Positions 10,677-18,453 of a stretch of 36,823 nt of DNA are shown here, piece by piece. The position numbers and the translations under genes are program-made. Origin of the DNA: a candidate division WOR-3 bacterium (lineage in GTDB: Bacteria; Hydrothermota; Hydrothermia; B15-G9); contig JALVZN010000051.1 in the NCBI GenBank assembly GCA_027037615.1, positions 1 to 36,823 of the forward strand. The letters run 5' to 3'. The first letter of the stretch is position 1, and each line of letters starts with the position of its first letter. The notes beneath the pieces are model-generated. The model saw only the letters and a list, made by a program, of their open reading frames with translations, had not been told where the DNA came from and did not search any database.

Positions 10677-11510
10677 TCACTCTTTCAAGCCTGTCCTCGC
10701 ATAGCTTTCCACTATGTGCTTCTGGGCTATGAAGTAGAGTATGACAAGGGGGATTATGGCAATAGTGGACGCAGCCATCAAAGCAGGGTAGTTGGAGCTT
10801 TCCCCCTGAGCAAAATAGGCCAATCCAACCTGCACAGGCCTCATTTTATCGCTGTTGGTGACCATCAATGGCCACATAAATGAATTCCAGCTCGCTATGA
10901 TCGTGAATATTGATACGGTGACAAGTGCCGGTTTGGTCAGAGGCAGAATTATCTGCCACAGGAATCTGAAACGGCTGCATCCATCGATGACAGCCGCATC
11001 ATAAAGGTCTTTCGGTATGCTCCGAAAGTGCTGTCTCAACAGGAATATAGCGAATATGTTGACGCTCCACGGCACAAAAAGTGCATAATAAGTGTCTATC
11101 CAGTTCAGTTTCTGCACAATTATGTAAAGCGGAACCACATAAACAGGTATTGGAACGATCATGAGGGAGATGATGGCAGTGAAAAGCGTCTCCCTCCACT
11201 TAAATTTGAACCATGAAAACGCATAAGCGGCAAGGATAGCCGTTATCAGCACGCTGACAAGGTTCAAAAGTGTGACAACCGTCGAGACATAGATGTATCT
11301 GGCAAAATTAACCTTCGTAAACGCCTGTTTGTAGCCTTCTAAAGTGAACGGATGAGGTATCCATGTCGGAGGTATCCTTATAGCGTCTGCCTGCGTTTTG
11401 AAGGAGGTTATGAGCATCCACAAGAACGGCAGGAGCATCCAAACAGCCCCTGCTATGAGAATCGCATAAACCAGAAACCTCTCTATCCTGTGTATGAGCT
11501 TATATTTCAT
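10677..11510 (-). CDS. Carbohydrate ABC transporter permease (MalG/UgpE type)
   Basis: PFLWMLITSFK; EAA-like loop IPKDLYDAAVIDGCS; WNSFMWPL. Confidence 0.93.
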   Translation of the reverse strand: MKYKLIHRIERFLVYAILIAGAVWMLLPFLWMLITSFKTQADAIRIPPTWIPHPFTLEGYKQAFTKVNFARYIYVSTVVTLLNLVSVLITAILAAYAFSWFKFKWRETLFTAIISLMIVPIPVYVVPLYIIVQKLNWIDTYYALFVPWSVNIFAIFLLRQHFRSIPKDLYDAAVIDGCSRFRFLWQIILPLTKPALVTVSIFTIIASWNSFMWPLMVTNSDKMRPVQVGLAYFAQGESSNYPALMAASTIAIIPLVILYFIAQKHIVESYARTGLKE

Positions 11511-12441
11511 AATGCACCCTCTTTTCGCTGTATTTCTTCTGGAAAATTGTTATCACGAGTATCAGCAAGAAGAAGACGAAGGCGATGGCCGAGCCATATC
11601 CGACCTCATATTCCTCAAATCCTCTCTGGAACAGGTAGTAGATGATGACCATCGTGGAATGGAGCGGCCCGCCGGGCGGCGGCCCCGTCATCGTCCAGAC
11701 AGGTGCGAACATCTTGAACGACGAGATAGTGGTCATTATCGTGACATAGAAGGTTGTCGGTGACAGAAGCGGCAGAGTAACATTCTTGAACGCCTGCCAT
11801 GGAGTAGCTCCATCAACTCTGGCTGCATCGTAATAGACAGGCGGGATGTTCTTCAGGCCAGCCAGGAATATGATCACATTGTAGCCGATGCTTCGCCATA
11901 CGCCCAATAAACTCAGGGAAAACAGCGCCAGAGACGGCCCCTTCAGAAGGAGCGGCAATTTTACGCCAAAAATCAGCTCAAATATGCCGCGCGGCTCCTC
12001 AAGCCACCTCAACGGATGCATCCCTATCAGCTCCAGCAGGTAGTTGAACAACCCCCTCGACGGATCGTAAAGCCATTTCCACACAACAGATACAGCCACA
12101 ATGGATGTAACCACAGGCAGGTAGTAGATAGTGCGGAATGTGCCAAGCGCCTTAACACCTTTGTTGAGAAGTATAGCGAAAAACAGCGAGATAATGATCG
12201 CAAGCGGCACGGTAAAAAGCACATAGTAGAATGTATTCAGCATTGAGCGCCAGAAAAGAGGATCCTGAAGCAGAACATAGTAGTTGTATAGCCCAACAAA
12301 TCCCTTCTCGCCGGCGATCCCCCACTCGTAAAAACTGAACCTGAAGGCGAGAATAATCGGCAACACTTTGAACACCAGGAGTATCACCAAAGCCGGAGAC
12401 AGTAACAGCAATGGATACAGCCAATTAGTTTTCCTGCTCAT
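11500..12441 (-). CDS. Carbohydrate ABC transporter permease (MalF/UgpA type)
   Basis: FVGLYNY, FRTIYYLP, IFLAGLKNIPPVYYDAARVDGA. ATG at 12441 with GAGAGG upstream is preferred over TTG at 12456. Confidence 0.92.
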   Translation of the reverse strand: MSRKTNWLYPLLLLSPALVILLVFKVLPIILAFRFSFYEWGIAGEKGFVGLYNYYVLLQDPLFWRSMLNTFYYVLFTVPLAIIISLFFAILLNKGVKALGTFRTIYYLPVVTSIVAVSVVWKWLYDPSRGLFNYLLELIGMHPLRWLEEPRGIFELIFGVKLPLLLKGPSLALFSLSLLGVWRSIGYNVIIFLAGLKNIPPVYYDAARVDGATPWQAFKNVTLPLLSPTTFYVTIMTTISSFKMFAPVWTMTGPPPGGPLHSTMVIIYYLFQRGFEEYEVGYGSAIAFVFFLLILVITIFQKKYSEKRVHYEI

Positions 12442-12459
12442 TTTCTGCCCTCTCAATTT

Positions 12460-12723
12460 TTAGAATTTGTGAAGCAAATAAATCATCAAGAACATAAAGA
12501 TAATCGCAAGTAAGTTAAACGAAATCATAAGTTTAAGTCCGAAATCCACTATAAGCAAATTCACCTCAAAATAGTTGAACCCAACGGAAACCTGATTTAC
12601 CAGCAAATCCCTCAGGGGTGACTCAGGCAGAAATCTATGGATTAACGCACCTATAACATCTCCGGTTATTGTGCCCAGTATTATGGCGGTTATCACTTTT
12701 TCAGTAGTTCGTCGCATCAACAT
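12460..12723 (-). CDS. Small membrane protein, DUF4321-like
   Basis: 87 aa; [12 protein letters not shown] and [21 protein letters not shown] pattern; GGAGAG upstream. Confidence 0.7.
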   Translation of the reverse strand: MLMRRTTEKVITAIILGTITGDVIGALIHRFLPESPLRDLLVNQVSVGFNYFEVNLLIVDFGLKLMISFNLLAIIFMFLMIYLLHKF

Positions 12724-12739
12724 GGCTTCAACTCTCCAA

Positions 12740-12822
12740 TGCCCGGGGCGGGACTCGAACCCGCACGGGGTTTCCCCCAGGGGATTTTAAGTCCCCTGTG
12801 TCTGCCATTCCACCACCCGGGC
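12740..12822 (-). tRNA. tRNA-Leu(TAA)
   Basis: GCCCGGG acceptor stem, anticodon arm GGGGA-CTTAAAA-TCCCC, long variable arm, GTTCGAGTC T-loop; CCA not encoded. Confidence 0.96.
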
Positions 12823-12834
12823 AAATAACATACA

Positions 12835-12907
12835 AGGCGGCGCCGGGATTCGAACCCGGGATTAACGGTTTTGCAAACCGTCGCCTTAGCCACTTGGCTA
12901 CGCCGCC
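12835..12907 (-). tRNA. tRNA-Cys(GCA)
   Basis: GGCGGCG acceptor stem, anticodon arm ACGGT-TTGCAAA-ACCGT, GTTCGAATC T-loop, U discriminator; CCA not encoded. Confidence 0.96.
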
Positions 12908-12921
12908 AACAATTCCGCAAA

Positions 12922-12950
12922 ATTATAACATGTAAATAAGCCCGTATCAA
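12922..12950 (-). promoter_or_regulatory. Sigma70 promoter of the tRNA-led operon
   Basis: TTGATA (12950-12945), 17 nt, TATAAT (12927-12922) with extended -10 TG; 14 nt upstream of tRNA-Cys. Confidence 0.8.
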
Positions 12951-13336
12951 GGAATTTCAGACTCGTCTTCCCCTGCCGCAGAGGGTTCAGAGTCAGCAAG
13001 AGGCACCTCGCCGTCCAACTTGCCGCTCTCGATCCTGTCTATAACTTCCTCAAACTCAGGCCCCAGCTCGTCGCCAAGCTCCTGCCCCATCTTTTTAGCA
13101 AACTTGGCAAGGGCTTTAGGATCGTCCGGGTCGAGATTTTCGATATCGGTCGATTCAGCTAACCGTTCCAGCCGCGCCTCCTCGGACTCGATGTATCTAA
13201 TTCTGGAAATCAACTTCTTTACATTCTTGCTCCCACATCGGGGACATTTAGGCTCTTCATGCCCTCCGACAACATTCAACTCATAGACGACAAACTTTTT
13301 CCCACAATCGAGGCAAAGATATTCGTAGATCGGCAT
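12947..13336 (-). CDS. FmdB family zinc-ribbon protein
   Basis: [12 protein letters not shown]...[14 protein letters not shown], followed by an acidic helical tail. Confidence 0.9.
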   Translation of the reverse strand: MPIYEYLCLDCGKKFVVYELNVVGGHEEPKCPRCGSKNVKKLISRIRYIESEEARLERLAESTDIENLDPDDPKALAKFAKKMGQELGDELGPEFEEVIDRIESGKLDGEVPLADSEPSAAGEDESEIP

Positions 13337-13345
13337 AGCTGTCGG

Positions 13346-13507
13346 TCAATTCTTCTTCACATTGACATACTTTCTCTCTTTGAATTCCTGCTTTTTGCCC
13401 TCATTCCAGTTCTGGACAGGCCTGTAATAGCCGACGATTCTCGAATAAACCTCTGTCGGCATTACAAGGGCTTTGACCTTGCGGCTCTCTTTCACTGCTG
13501 TTTTCAT
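13346..13507 (-). CDS. 53-aa free-standing NrdD-like glycyl-radical C-terminal peptide
   Basis: Too short for the ORF track. MKTAVKESRKVKALVMPTEVYSRIVGYYRPVQNWNEGKKQEFKERKYVNVKKN matches the class III RNR C-terminal signature YSRxxGY.RP...WN.GK..EF..R. GGAGG upstream; ATGA overlap with the SPFH stop. Confidence 0.88.
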   Translation of the reverse strand: MKTAVKESRKVKALVMPTEVYSRIVGYYRPVQNWNEGKKQEFKERKYVNVKKN

Positions 13508-14514
13508 TTCAAATCCTCCTTTTTCTTGCTTATTTTGTAAAGCACCTCTGAAATCCTGTCAACGGATCCCATAAGTTCAACGGGGAAAAATATTTTTGAG
13601 GACTTAGATTCCGATATCTTCTCGAGGGTTTCAATGTATTTAATTGCCACGAGATAGCGCATCGCCATGTCAGGATCGGCCCTCATTATGCTGGCTATAA
13701 TCGATCGAATTGCTTCTCCTTCAGCGGAGGCAATTTTCACAGTGGCTTGAGCTTCACCTTCGGCTTTAAGTATGGCCGCCTGCTTCTCACCTTCAGCACG
13801 GGTTATAAGTGCATTTTTATCACCTTCCGCTCTCCTCTCAACAGCTTGTCTGTAAGCATCTGCCTCTATCAGCTGAGCTTTACCTTTCCTTTCAGCAACG
13901 GCGCTGGCCTCCATGGCCTCCAACATTTCCGGCGGTGGGGTTATCCTCTGTATCTCAAAATTGGCTACGCGGATACCCCAATCTCTCGCTTTTTCCTGCA
14001 CCTCTTCGATAACCCCTGCCTCAATGGTAGACTTTTTCTCTATCGCGGCATCCAATTCATATTTCCCAATATGTTCGTTAAGACTCGTTTCCGCGAGCTG
14101 TTCTATGCCATCAGGGATATTGGCAATGCGATACGCCGCAAGGAGTGGATCCACGATCTCGTAGAATATCAAAGCATCGACCTTGATAGGCACATTCTCT
14201 TTCGTTATCGCTTGAATTTCGGGAAAATCAAGGATTTGAATCCTGAGATCGAGGTAAGGAGATTTAACCCGCTCATAAACCACTTTGCCGTTGATGGATT
14301 TTGTTCTAACGATATAGACCTCTCTTGGCCGTTCGTGCAGGAATCTAAAAAGAATATGTAGTCCCGGAGGAGCAATCCTGCTAAAAGAGTTAAATCTTTC
14401 AACAATCATGATATGCGCTTCGGGGACTTCCTCCACTTGTATGAACAAAAACATTGATGCAGCCATTACGATAAGAAAAAATAAAACTATGCTAATTATT
14501 ATCCCGATAGACAT
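13504..14514 (-). CDS. SPFH/band-7 (stomatin/QmcA-like) membrane protein
   Basis: N-terminal TM; AITKENVPIKVDALIFY, WGIRVANFEIQRITPP; AEG-rich coiled coil. Confidence 0.92.
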   Translation of the reverse strand: MSIGIIISIVLFFLIVMAASMFLFIQVEEVPEAHIMIVERFNSFSRIAPPGLHILFRFLHERPREVYIVRTKSINGKVVYERVKSPYLDLRIQILDFPEIQAITKENVPIKVDALIFYEIVDPLLAAYRIANIPDGIEQLAETSLNEHIGKYELDAAIEKKSTIEAGVIEEVQEKARDWGIRVANFEIQRITPPPEMLEAMEASAVAERKGKAQLIEADAYRQAVERRAEGDKNALITRAEGEKQAAILKAEGEAQATVKIASAEGEAIRSIIASIMRADPDMAMRYLVAIKYIETLEKISESKSSKIFFPVELMGSVDRISEVLYKISKKKEDLK

Positions 14515-15109
14515 CGCTACCTCCTATCGTGTCAGAATTTCTTAACGGCATAACAAGCAGAACATACCTTGACGAGATAGCCCCACCAAGAAATTGGGAA
14601 ATTCCGCCAAGCATTCTCTCCCTGACGGCTTTCACAACAACATCGGTTCCCGCCCTGATTTTCATTCCTCTCAACGAGACAGCAGGCAGAATGAGGCCAA
14701 ACACTTTAACCAGACCTTCGGAATTATGTTCTATATTCTTAACAACCAGCCCCTTTTGATTTATAAGCCGCTCTAAAGTCAGTTTATCCTTGACTTTATC
14801 AGGTATGTTGGATTTTTTCACGCGCTTCATATAGCCTTTGTTTATTAGCATCGAAAAAAACATAAGTGCAAGAAAACTAACAACAGTAAAAACAATAAAT
14901 TGCCATAATAATCCCACCTTTAATAGACTCAGAATTCCCGCGAAAACTGCCCCCACGGAATGCCAGATGGCGATAGGCTTCGGATAAAGTGCATCAGCAA
15001 TCATTGACACTATTGCAATACAAAACCACACTATCGCAACAACAAGCCACTGGGAATTTTGATGTGAGTTGGCATTAGCAATAACCGTCCAAATAAGTGA
15101 GCCTGTCAC
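14492..15109 (-). CDS. NfeD-like membrane protein (C-terminal OB fold)
   Basis: Three TM segments, then LINQKGLVVKNI...GLVKVFG...IRAGTDVVVKAV; lies upstream of SPFH as is typical; GTGA overlap with the upstream gene. Confidence 0.8.
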   Translation of the reverse strand: MTGSLIWTVIANANSHQNSQWLVVAIVWFCIAIVSMIADALYPKPIAIWHSVGAVFAGILSLLKVGLLWQFIVFTVVSFLALMFFSMLINKGYMKRVKKSNIPDKVKDKLTLERLINQKGLVVKNIEHNSEGLVKVFGLILPAVSLRGMKIRAGTDVVVKAVRERMLGGISQFLGGAISSRYVLLVMPLRNSDTIGGSDVYRDNN

Positions 15110-16002
15110 TCTTCCCCCACCTCCTCAAGGGAAAGCGATATGCTTTTCCATTTATATCCCACTATTGTCCTGTCCTTTTTGTCGAAAAACAGGTCAAGCC
15201 GGCCAATACTCGTAAGCCTCTCGTATGTTCTCACGACTATGCCATGTGTGTAAGGCGATTCATAAGGTTCGCGCATCCCCCTGCCATCAAAACCGCCGAC
15301 GATAACATCGATATCAGGCACAGAATCGATGAGAAGCGTATCCCTCGCAAGCCCGATATGGGTCAAGGCCACAACGATGTCAACTTTTTTCTCGTCTCTG
15401 AGAAAATGTGCCATCTTTCGCGCAGTTTCAACCTCACGGCTGAAAAAGTAGTTATCTCGCGTCCAGAATGGCATGAATATGAAACTCGCTTCGGACACGA
15501 GCCCGAACACCCCGACCCTAACGCTGTCGAAATCGAAGATCTTATAAGGCACGACATAAGGCGGATTCTGGAGGGTATCATCTGCCCGACGGAGATTGCT
15601 GCAAAGAAACGGGAAATCGGCCTTTTCTCTCATCCTCACAAGCGAATCCGGCCCCATCATCAACTCCCTGACGCCAGGTTCCATCGCATCATACCCTGCC
15701 CGATTCATGTAATCCAGGACAGGCTGAACAGTAAACCACAGGCCAACCGGGCCGCCGCCAACGGCCTCACCGGCATCAAGCAAAAGGACATAAGCTCCCT
15801 CTTTCTGAGCTTCATCTCTGACCGCCGAAATGGCCGCAATGGCGGCATCAGCACCGCCCACTGGAGGCGGAAAATCGGGATTTATCCATGTCGCGGGCTG
15901 CGGAGCAACTGCTCCATGTATGGTGTTGGTGTGTAATATGATTATCCTGGCGGTATCGCCAATTGAAGCCACAAGGGACAGGGTTATCAACAAATGCATC
16001 AT
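15106..16002 (-). CDS. Secreted 5'-nucleotidase N-terminal-like metallophosphoesterase with degenerate metal ligands
   Basis: Fold motifs ILHTNTIHG, LLLDAGE, GYDAMEPGVRE, FPFLCSN, VALTHIG, IDVIVGGFDG; no C-terminal substrate-binding domain. Confidence 0.85.
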   Translation of the reverse strand: MMHLLITLSLVASIGDTARIIILHTNTIHGAVAPQPATWINPDFPPPVGGADAAIAAISAVRDEAQKEGAYVLLLDAGEAVGGGPVGLWFTVQPVLDYMNRAGYDAMEPGVRELMMGPDSLVRMREKADFPFLCSNLRRADDTLQNPPYVVPYKIFDFDSVRVGVFGLVSEASFIFMPFWTRDNYFFSREVETARKMAHFLRDEKKVDIVVALTHIGLARDTLLIDSVPDIDVIVGGFDGRGMREPYESPYTHGIVVRTYERLTSIGRLDLFFDKKDRTIVGYKWKSISLSLEEVGEE

Positions 16003-16556
16003 TCCAGTATCTCCTTTGGAACTTCGGTTGTAGAGAGCCTGAGCACATCCTGAAAGTGCTTTTCGAAATAATCAGCAATCGCTTTCGATTTGATCATGAC
16101 AGACGCCTCGTTATTTCTGGCGAGCGCAAAATAGCTCCAGTTGTGCGAGCCCACAAATGTTATGTAACCATCGATTATTATCAGCTTATCGTGACTGGTT
16201 ATGTCTATCGGATCGTAATAGACCTTTACGCCGGCAGATTTGAGGCTATCCCCAAATTCCTTGTTTTTCAATGTGTTGCTTACATTCCATGATGACGCAT
16301 CGAGAATTACGACAACATCAACCCCTCTCTGCTTCGCCTTGATTATCTCGTTCAAAAGCACCGAGTTGGGATCATCTTTATACTTTCTGTAATACCTCGC
16401 AGAAAACATGAAAATGTGCAAAGTCTTTTTGGCTTTCTGGATTTCTTTTATCAATGTGGGGTAATAATCCCTGTTGGGCAGTGGCACGACATCGTCAGCA
16501 GGCAACGCTAAAAGCAAGGCAGGCAAAAGCAAAGTAAGGTATAACAGTTTTCTCAT
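15999..16556 (-). CDS. Secreted phospholipase D family protein (Nuc-like, single HKD motif)
   Basis: Signal peptide; HDKLIIIDGYITFVGSHNWS...NNE. Confidence 0.9.
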   Translation of the reverse strand: MRKLLYLTLLLPALLLALPADDVVPLPNRDYYPTLIKEIQKAKKTLHIFMFSARYYRKYKDDPNSVLLNEIIKAKQRGVDVVVILDASSWNVSNTLKNKEFGDSLKSAGVKVYYDPIDITSHDKLIIIDGYITFVGSHNWSYFALARNNEASVMIKSKAIADYFEKHFQDVLRLSTTEVPKEILE

Positions 16557-16704
16557 GATTTTCCTCCACTTTTGGAAGTTAATTTATAAAGCTTATCCTC
16601 CTTTTCTTCAAAATCAAAAACAAAATGCAAAAGGGAACAGCTGCACAAAAGCTACATGCCGTAACTCACCATTCCCCAATCGGTGACAATTCTATCAGAA
16701 TAAA

Positions 16705-17448
16705 TCACTTACTTGATTTGACGGCAAGCGCATGCATGGTCACAGGCGACCACGAACCGAGAACAATGTAATTGTCTTCGATGTCGTCATGAATCAGATA
16801 ATTGGAAGGCGGGGTATGATCGACCCGTGTCATGAAGTAATGGCGCCATCCATGATAATACGACTCCCCGTTCCATGTAACCAGAAGGGAATGTTCCCTA
16901 CCGGCCTGCCAGTTCAGCATCGTGATAAATTCGGAAGCAGAATGACTTGAGCACCAGCTCTTCACATCGTTCCAATCGGCAAGTCTGTAATCGGAGCCGA
17001 ATTCGGCCTGAACGGCAGCATTCAGGTCAGCAGTGTCAGGATAAGATTGACTCGTGATAGCAAACGGGAACACTTCTATGGTAATCTGATGCGGCGGTGA
17101 CCATTCGGACAGTGCTCCGTGAGCATCCTTTGCCTGTGCCCTGACAGAGTATGTGCCGGGCTCGGAATAAGTGTGAGATGTGCCCCTGTTCTCGTTCGGT
17201 GGCATGAAATAGTTTGTCCAGCCGCTTATGGTGCCATCCCCAAAGTCGAACCTCACAGCTACACTGTCACCATCGGGATCAGTCACATCAGCCGTAAAGA
17301 AATAGCTTCCGCCGACACAGCCCCTTGCATTTCCGTTAGGTGCGGAAGATATCGAAGGAGGATTGTTTTCGGGTGTCTCCGTTTTATTACAGGAGGCCAC
17401 CACCGTAATCATCATCACAATTCCCATAACGCTCAGAAATCTACGCAT
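16705..17448 (-). CDS. Lipoprotein with PKD domain and an unknown C-terminal domain
   Basis: Lipobox VVASC; DPDGD...FDFGDG...HTYSEPGTYSVRAQAKD; GGAGG upstream. Confidence 0.82.
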   Translation of the reverse strand: MRRFLSVMGIVMMITVVASCNKTETPENNPPSISSAPNGNARGCVGGSYFFTADVTDPDGDSVAVRFDFGDGTISGWTNYFMPPNENRGTSHTYSEPGTYSVRAQAKDAHGALSEWSPPHQITIEVFPFAITSQSYPDTADLNAAVQAEFGSDYRLADWNDVKSWCSSHSASEFITMLNWQAGREHSLLVTWNGESYYHGWRHYFMTRVDHTPPSNYLIHDDIEDNYIVLGSWSPVTMHALAVKSSK

Positions 17449-17520
17449 AACATCACCTCCGTCGCTGCCTTATTTTATTGCTCTGAAGTCTCAAATTTCC
17501 ATTTTTGGCCCTTGAATTCC

Positions 17521-17549
17521 TTGACTTTATCCGAGTCGTAACATAAAGT
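17521..17549 (+). promoter_or_regulatory. Sigma70 promoter of fur, probably leaderless
   Basis: TTGACT, 17 nt, TAAAGT, 7 nt, ATG; no Shine-Dalgarno. Confidence 0.6.
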
Positions 17550-17556
17550 TTTCGAC

Positions 17557-17994
17557 ATGAGTCAGGATATGGTGAGGCTTAAGGAAGAACTTGAAATGCG
17601 AGGCCTTAAATTCACGAGGCAGCGTAAGATAATCGCTCAAAAGATCTTTTCGATGAAAAAACATTTCACAGCAGATGAGCTCTACAACTCCCTGAAGAAA
17701 AAATATCGTATATCACGCGCAACGATTTACAGAACCCTCGATGTGCTTTCGAGCCTCGGCCTTGTGGAGGTTCACAACTTCGGTCAGGGGAAAAGATATT
17801 ACGAATCGATCAGCGGGAAAAAGTCGCACTGCCATTTCATCTGCACAAGCTGCATGAAGATAATTGAATTCCCTTCGGATGAGATCGAGAAGATCATAAC
17901 AAACATGGCATCCCAACACAATTTCAAGATCAACAGATACAGCATAAATGTTTACGGCTTATGCGAAGAGTGTGCCCGAAAAAGGAAAAAATGA
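17557..17994 (+). CDS. fur: Fur family transcriptional regulator
   Basis: TRQRKII, HFTADELY, ISRATIYRTL, HCHFICTSC, YGLCEEC. Subfamily (Fur/Zur/PerR) is not resolvable here. Confidence 0.9.
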   Translation: MSQDMVRLKEELEMRGLKFTRQRKIIAQKIFSMKKHFTADELYNSLKKKYRISRATIYRTLDVLSSLGLVEVHNFGQGKRYYESISGKKSHCHFICTSCMKIIEFPSDEIEKIITNMASQHNFKINRYSINVYGLCEECARKRKK

Positions 17995-18070
17995 TGCACG
18001 AATGCAGCGGGGACGGTTACACCTCATGATTTTCATGATGACAGTTAACATTCCTTTGGCAGAATGCGTC

Positions 18071-18172
18071 TTAAACAACCACCGCCTCACACCGATCCAT
18101 CCACGGACGGAGCTCTCTGAGTAGCTCCCGCTCAATAAGTTTCCTGCCCTTTATCTCATCTTTCCCCATCAT
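18071..18172 (-). pseudogene. 5' fragment copy of the AAA/DUF4143 ATPase gene
   Basis: Reads MMGKDEIKGRKLIERELLRELRPWMDRCEAVVV then stop; the intact gene reads MMGKDEIRGRKLVERELLRELRLWMDQREAVVI. Confidence 0.85.
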
Positions 18173-18400
18173 AGCGCACCAATTTTACCTCTCACTCCAC
18201 AATAGTTCAACTTTTGTGGAGCCAAAGTCCAGAAAAGTTCAAAATAAGGCAGCAGATTCTGGTAGCTTCAGGGTAGCGTCAACGGGCTCAGGGAAAATTT
18301 CCTTATCCTTTTAACTTACTTCCGTGCCTCTTAAGGAGGTTGCACAATGCAAACAAATATCCTGATCGCTTTTGTGATTTCAGGGAACCGCAAAGATAGC
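18078..18400. repeat. Direct repeat copy 1 (~325 bp; partner at 19637-19963)
   Basis: Near-identical at an offset of 1559 bp over the first ~215 bp, then more diverged. Confidence 0.93.
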
Positions 18401-18402
18401 AT
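18347..18402 (+). pseudogene. Frameshifted 5' fragment of the GH57-like gene
   Basis: AAGGAGG, then MQTNILIAFVISG, frameshift, TAKIA; the intact gene reads MQANILMVFVLLSGTAKIA. Confidence 0.75.
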
Positions 18403-18453
18403 CTTAGATTGGCGGATTGCGAGATCCGTCCCGTGTTTGAAATTCGATACCCC

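Noticed and set aside
12740-12907. tRNAs as an island integration site
   Set aside because: No duplicated tRNA 3' end or integrase was seen in the window.
12717-12950. 77-aa ORF
   Set aside because: It overlaps two well-formed tRNA genes and their promoter.
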